64,000 bases of DNA from Bacteroidales bacterium (GTDB lineage: Bacteria > Bacteroidota > Bacteroidia > Bacteroidales > FEN-979): assembly GCA_963662525.1 (NCBI GenBank), contig OY759717.1, positions 1,813,670-1,877,669 of the forward strand, in the 5' to 3' direction. A model generated the notes under the pieces. It was not told the origin of the DNA and did not search any database. It saw nothing but the letters and a program-made list of their open reading frames with translations. This document shows, piece after piece, positions 62,097 through 64,000 of the stretch (its first letter is position 1; each line of letters starts with the position of its first letter). Made by a program: the position numbers and the translations under genes.

Positions 62097-63089
62097 ATGA
62101 AAAAAATACTGGGTATGGGCAATGCCCTGGTTGATGTGATGATCCCCCTGGAAAGCGACGGGATCCTTGAAATATTGGGTCTTCCCAAGGGCAGTATGCA
62201 ACTGGTTGATAAAGAAAGGAGCAATACCGTATTGCTGGCATTAAAAGATTATCAAAAGAGCCAGTCGGCAGGAGGATCAGCAGCCAATACCATTCATGGC
62301 TTAGCCATGCTGGGAGCTCCGGCCGGATATATTGGCGTGATCGGGGAAGATGAACTCGGTGGTTTTTTCGTTCGCGACCTGATCCAGGCCGGGGTGGAGC
62401 CGCATATGATCCACAGTACTCAGGAAACAGGCCGGGCAATAGCGCTGGTGACTCCCGATTCGGAGCGTACTTTTGCCACCTTTTTAGGCGCAGCCATTGA
62501 GCTTTCGGCCGGGAACCTGAGACCTGAGATGTTCAGGGGATATTCCTATTTTCACATAGAAGGCTACCTGGTCCAGAACCATGAGCTGATCCGCAGGGCA
62601 GTAGCCCTGGCCAAGGAAAACGGGCTCATCGTTTCCCTCGACCTGGCCAGCTATAATGTAGTGGAATCCAACAGGGAATTCCTGCAGCAAATAATCAATG
62701 AATACGTGGATATCTTGTTTGCCAACGAAGATGAAGCCAAAGCGCTGACCGGTCATGAACCGGAAAACGCCCTGACAGAAATCGGGAAATTCGTGGAAAT
62801 CGCCATTGTGAAAACCGGGGGCAAGGGCTCTCTGGTAAAAACCACCTCAGAATATTGTGAAATCGGGATCATCCCGGTTACACCCATCGATACCACCGGT
62901 GCCGGCGATCTGTATGCAGCCGGTTTCCTGTTCGGACATGCCTCCGGGCTAAGCCTTCAGAAATGCGGTGAACTTGGCGCCCTGCTCGCGGGGAACGTCA
63001 TCGAATTCATGGGCTCCAAAATGTCAGCCGAAAGATGGACTTTCCTGAAAGGTTTGTTGAATTCCTCATTCCTCATTCCTCAATCTTAA
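62097..63089 (+). CDS. PfkB-family carbohydrate/nucleoside kinase (adenosine kinase-like)
   Basis: MKKILGMGNALVDV..., SAGGSAANT, and C-terminal DTTGAGDLYAAGFLFG. The start is the ATG at 62097 or 62091. The last 9 codons (NSSFLIPQS) are read from a heptamer array. Confidence 0.85.
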   Translation: MKKILGMGNALVDVMIPLESDGILEILGLPKGSMQLVDKERSNTVLLALKDYQKSQSAGGSAANTIHGLAMLGAPAGYIGVIGEDELGGFFVRDLIQAGVEPHMIHSTQETGRAIALVTPDSERTFATFLGAAIELSAGNLRPEMFRGYSYFHIEGYLVQNHELIRRAVALAKENGLIVSLDLASYNVVESNREFLQQIINEYVDILFANEDEAKALTGHEPENALTEIGKFVEIAIVKTGGKGSLVKTTSEYCEIGIIPVTPIDTTGAGDLYAAGFLFGHASGLSLQKCGELGALLAGNVIEFMGSKMSAERWTFLKGLLNSSFLIPQS

Positions 63090-63093
63090 TTCC
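63061..63093 (+). repeat. Heptamer tandem array (ATTCCTC)x3 plus aatcttaattcc, overlapping the 3' end of the kinase gene
   Basis: attcctc attcctc attcctc aatcttaattcc. The reverse complement shares GGAATTAAG with the array at 55990..56017. Confidence 0.85.
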
Positions 63094-63124
63094 TTTGTTA
63101 TTTCCCTAACATTTAGTATTTTTG
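63094..63124 (+). promoter_or_regulatory. Promoter for the EF-G-like gene (TTTG, 19-nt spacer, TATTTTTG)
   Basis: TTTG at 63094..63097 and TATTTTTG at 63117..63124, 54 nt upstream of the ATG at 63178. Confidence 0.55.
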
Positions 63125-63177
63125 CGGTCCTTTTCAGGAAAAAATAACCATTTATTTACGTATAAGAATTGTTTATC

Positions 63178-64000
63178 ATGAAGGTATTCCAAACCAACGA
63201 AATCCGCAACATTGCCCTGATCGGCGGTGCAAAATCAGGAAAAACCACCCTTGCTGAAGCGATGCTGTTTGAAGGCGGTATAATCAGCAGAAGAGGATCC
63301 GTAGAAGATAAAAACAGCGTGTCAGACTATCGTCCGATTGAACTGGAGCGTCAGAACTCGGTATCTGCTTCCATCCTATATACCCTTTGCGACAATAAGA
63401 AAATAAACATCATTGACACACCGGGATTCGATGATTTTTGCGGCGAGGTGATTTCCGCCTTGCGTGTGGCAGATACTGCACTGATGGTTGTGAATGGTCA
63501 GAACGGCGTTGAAGTCGGAACCGAAATTACCTGGAGGCATACCAACAGAATGAATATTCCCGTGGTTTTCGTGGTGAACCATCTTGACCAGGAGCATGCC
63601 AATTTCGATGAAACACTTCGCCAGATGAAAGCACAGTTTGGTAAGAACATCACCCTGATGCAATACCCGGTTAATGCCGGTTCAGGATTTAATACCCTCA
63701 TCGACCTGCTGAAAATGAAGCAGTATAAATTCACTTCCGGCGGAGGGAAACCTGAAATTTCTGAAATTCCTGACAGCGAAAAGGGAAAAGCAGAAGAGAT
63801 GCATGCCGCCCTGGTGGAAGAGCTGGCATCCAAGGATGAATCCCTGATGGAAGTTTTCTTTGATAAGGGAACCCTTTCGGAAGAACAGATGCAGCAGGCG
63901 CTGAAGGCCGGTTTGATCAACCGTACGATTTTTCCCGTGATGTGTACCTGTGCCAAACAGGATATGGGTGTGGGCCGTTTACTGGAGTTCATCGCCGGCA
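63178..64000 (+). CDS. EF-G-like translational GTPase paralog with degenerate catalytic motifs (3' end outside the window)
   Basis: Not in the ORF track because no stop falls within the window. Hand translation: MKVFQTNEIRNIALIGGAKSGKTTLAEAML...INIIDTPGFDDFCGEVISALRVADTALMVV...VVNHLDQEHANF.... G1 is present, G3 is DTPGF instead of DTPGH, and switch I is ERQNSV instead of ERGITI. Confidence 0.8.
   Translation, partial: MKVFQTNEIRNIALIGGAKSGKTTLAEAMLFEGGIISRRGSVEDKNSVSDYRPIELERQNSVSASILYTLCDNKKINIIDTPGFDDFCGEVISALRVADTALMVVNGQNGVEVGTEITWRHTNRMNIPVVFVVNHLDQEHANFDETLRQMKAQFGKNITLMQYPVNAGSGFNTLIDLLKMKQYKFTSGGGKPEISEIPDSEKGKAEEMHAALVEELASKDESLMEVFFDKGTLSEEQMQQALKAGLINRTIFPVMCTCAKQDMGVGRLLEFIAG

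Noticed and set aside
63376-63992. Minus-strand ORFs of 95 and 164 aa at the window end.
   Set aside because: They are antisense to the EF-G-like gene that starts at 63178, whose translation shows G1/G3/G4 GTPase motifs.

Overview
This 64-kb window looks like a Bacteroidota chromosome. At least nine predicted secreted proteins end in type-A T9SS (Por) sorting domains. Many genes are preceded by TAnnTTTG -7 promoter boxes. A FISUMP-domain protein, a TonB-dependent receptor and a MacB-type ABC/HlyD efflux operon are present.

Housekeeping genes: EF-G, psd, msrBA, tRNA-Asn, a PfkB kinase, an M28 peptidase and a GDPD.

Accessory content:
1. Three giant (1096-1344 aa) T9SS proteins share a C-terminal module of about 480 aa but carry different N-terminal heads, one of them an Endonuclease I domain.
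2. Two of the giants are each followed by a paralogous 82-aa mini-protein (signal peptide, poly-Pro, an invariant PIDGGLGILLALGA transmembrane segment, basic tail). One mini-protein overlaps the start of an uncharacterised 7-TM protein. This is the best candidate for an undescribed system.
3. A repeat-dense interval at 5.3-7.6 kb holds two DUF559 nuclease cassettes bracketed by inverted GC-rich double-hairpin boxes, a 202-bp tandem duplication, three copies of a 50-bp box and a truncated RelE/ParE toxin-antitoxin module.
4. Heptamer and octamer tandem arrays sit at many gene boundaries.
5. A decayed MntA/HepT module lies next to tRNA-Asn.
6. A two-component cluster runs directly into genes for a secreted BNR protein and a C10 protease.
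7. A second EF-G-like paralog has a degenerate GTPase centre.

No CRISPR array, rRNA, transposase or integrase was seen. All family assignments come from motif recognition by eye. No database search was run.
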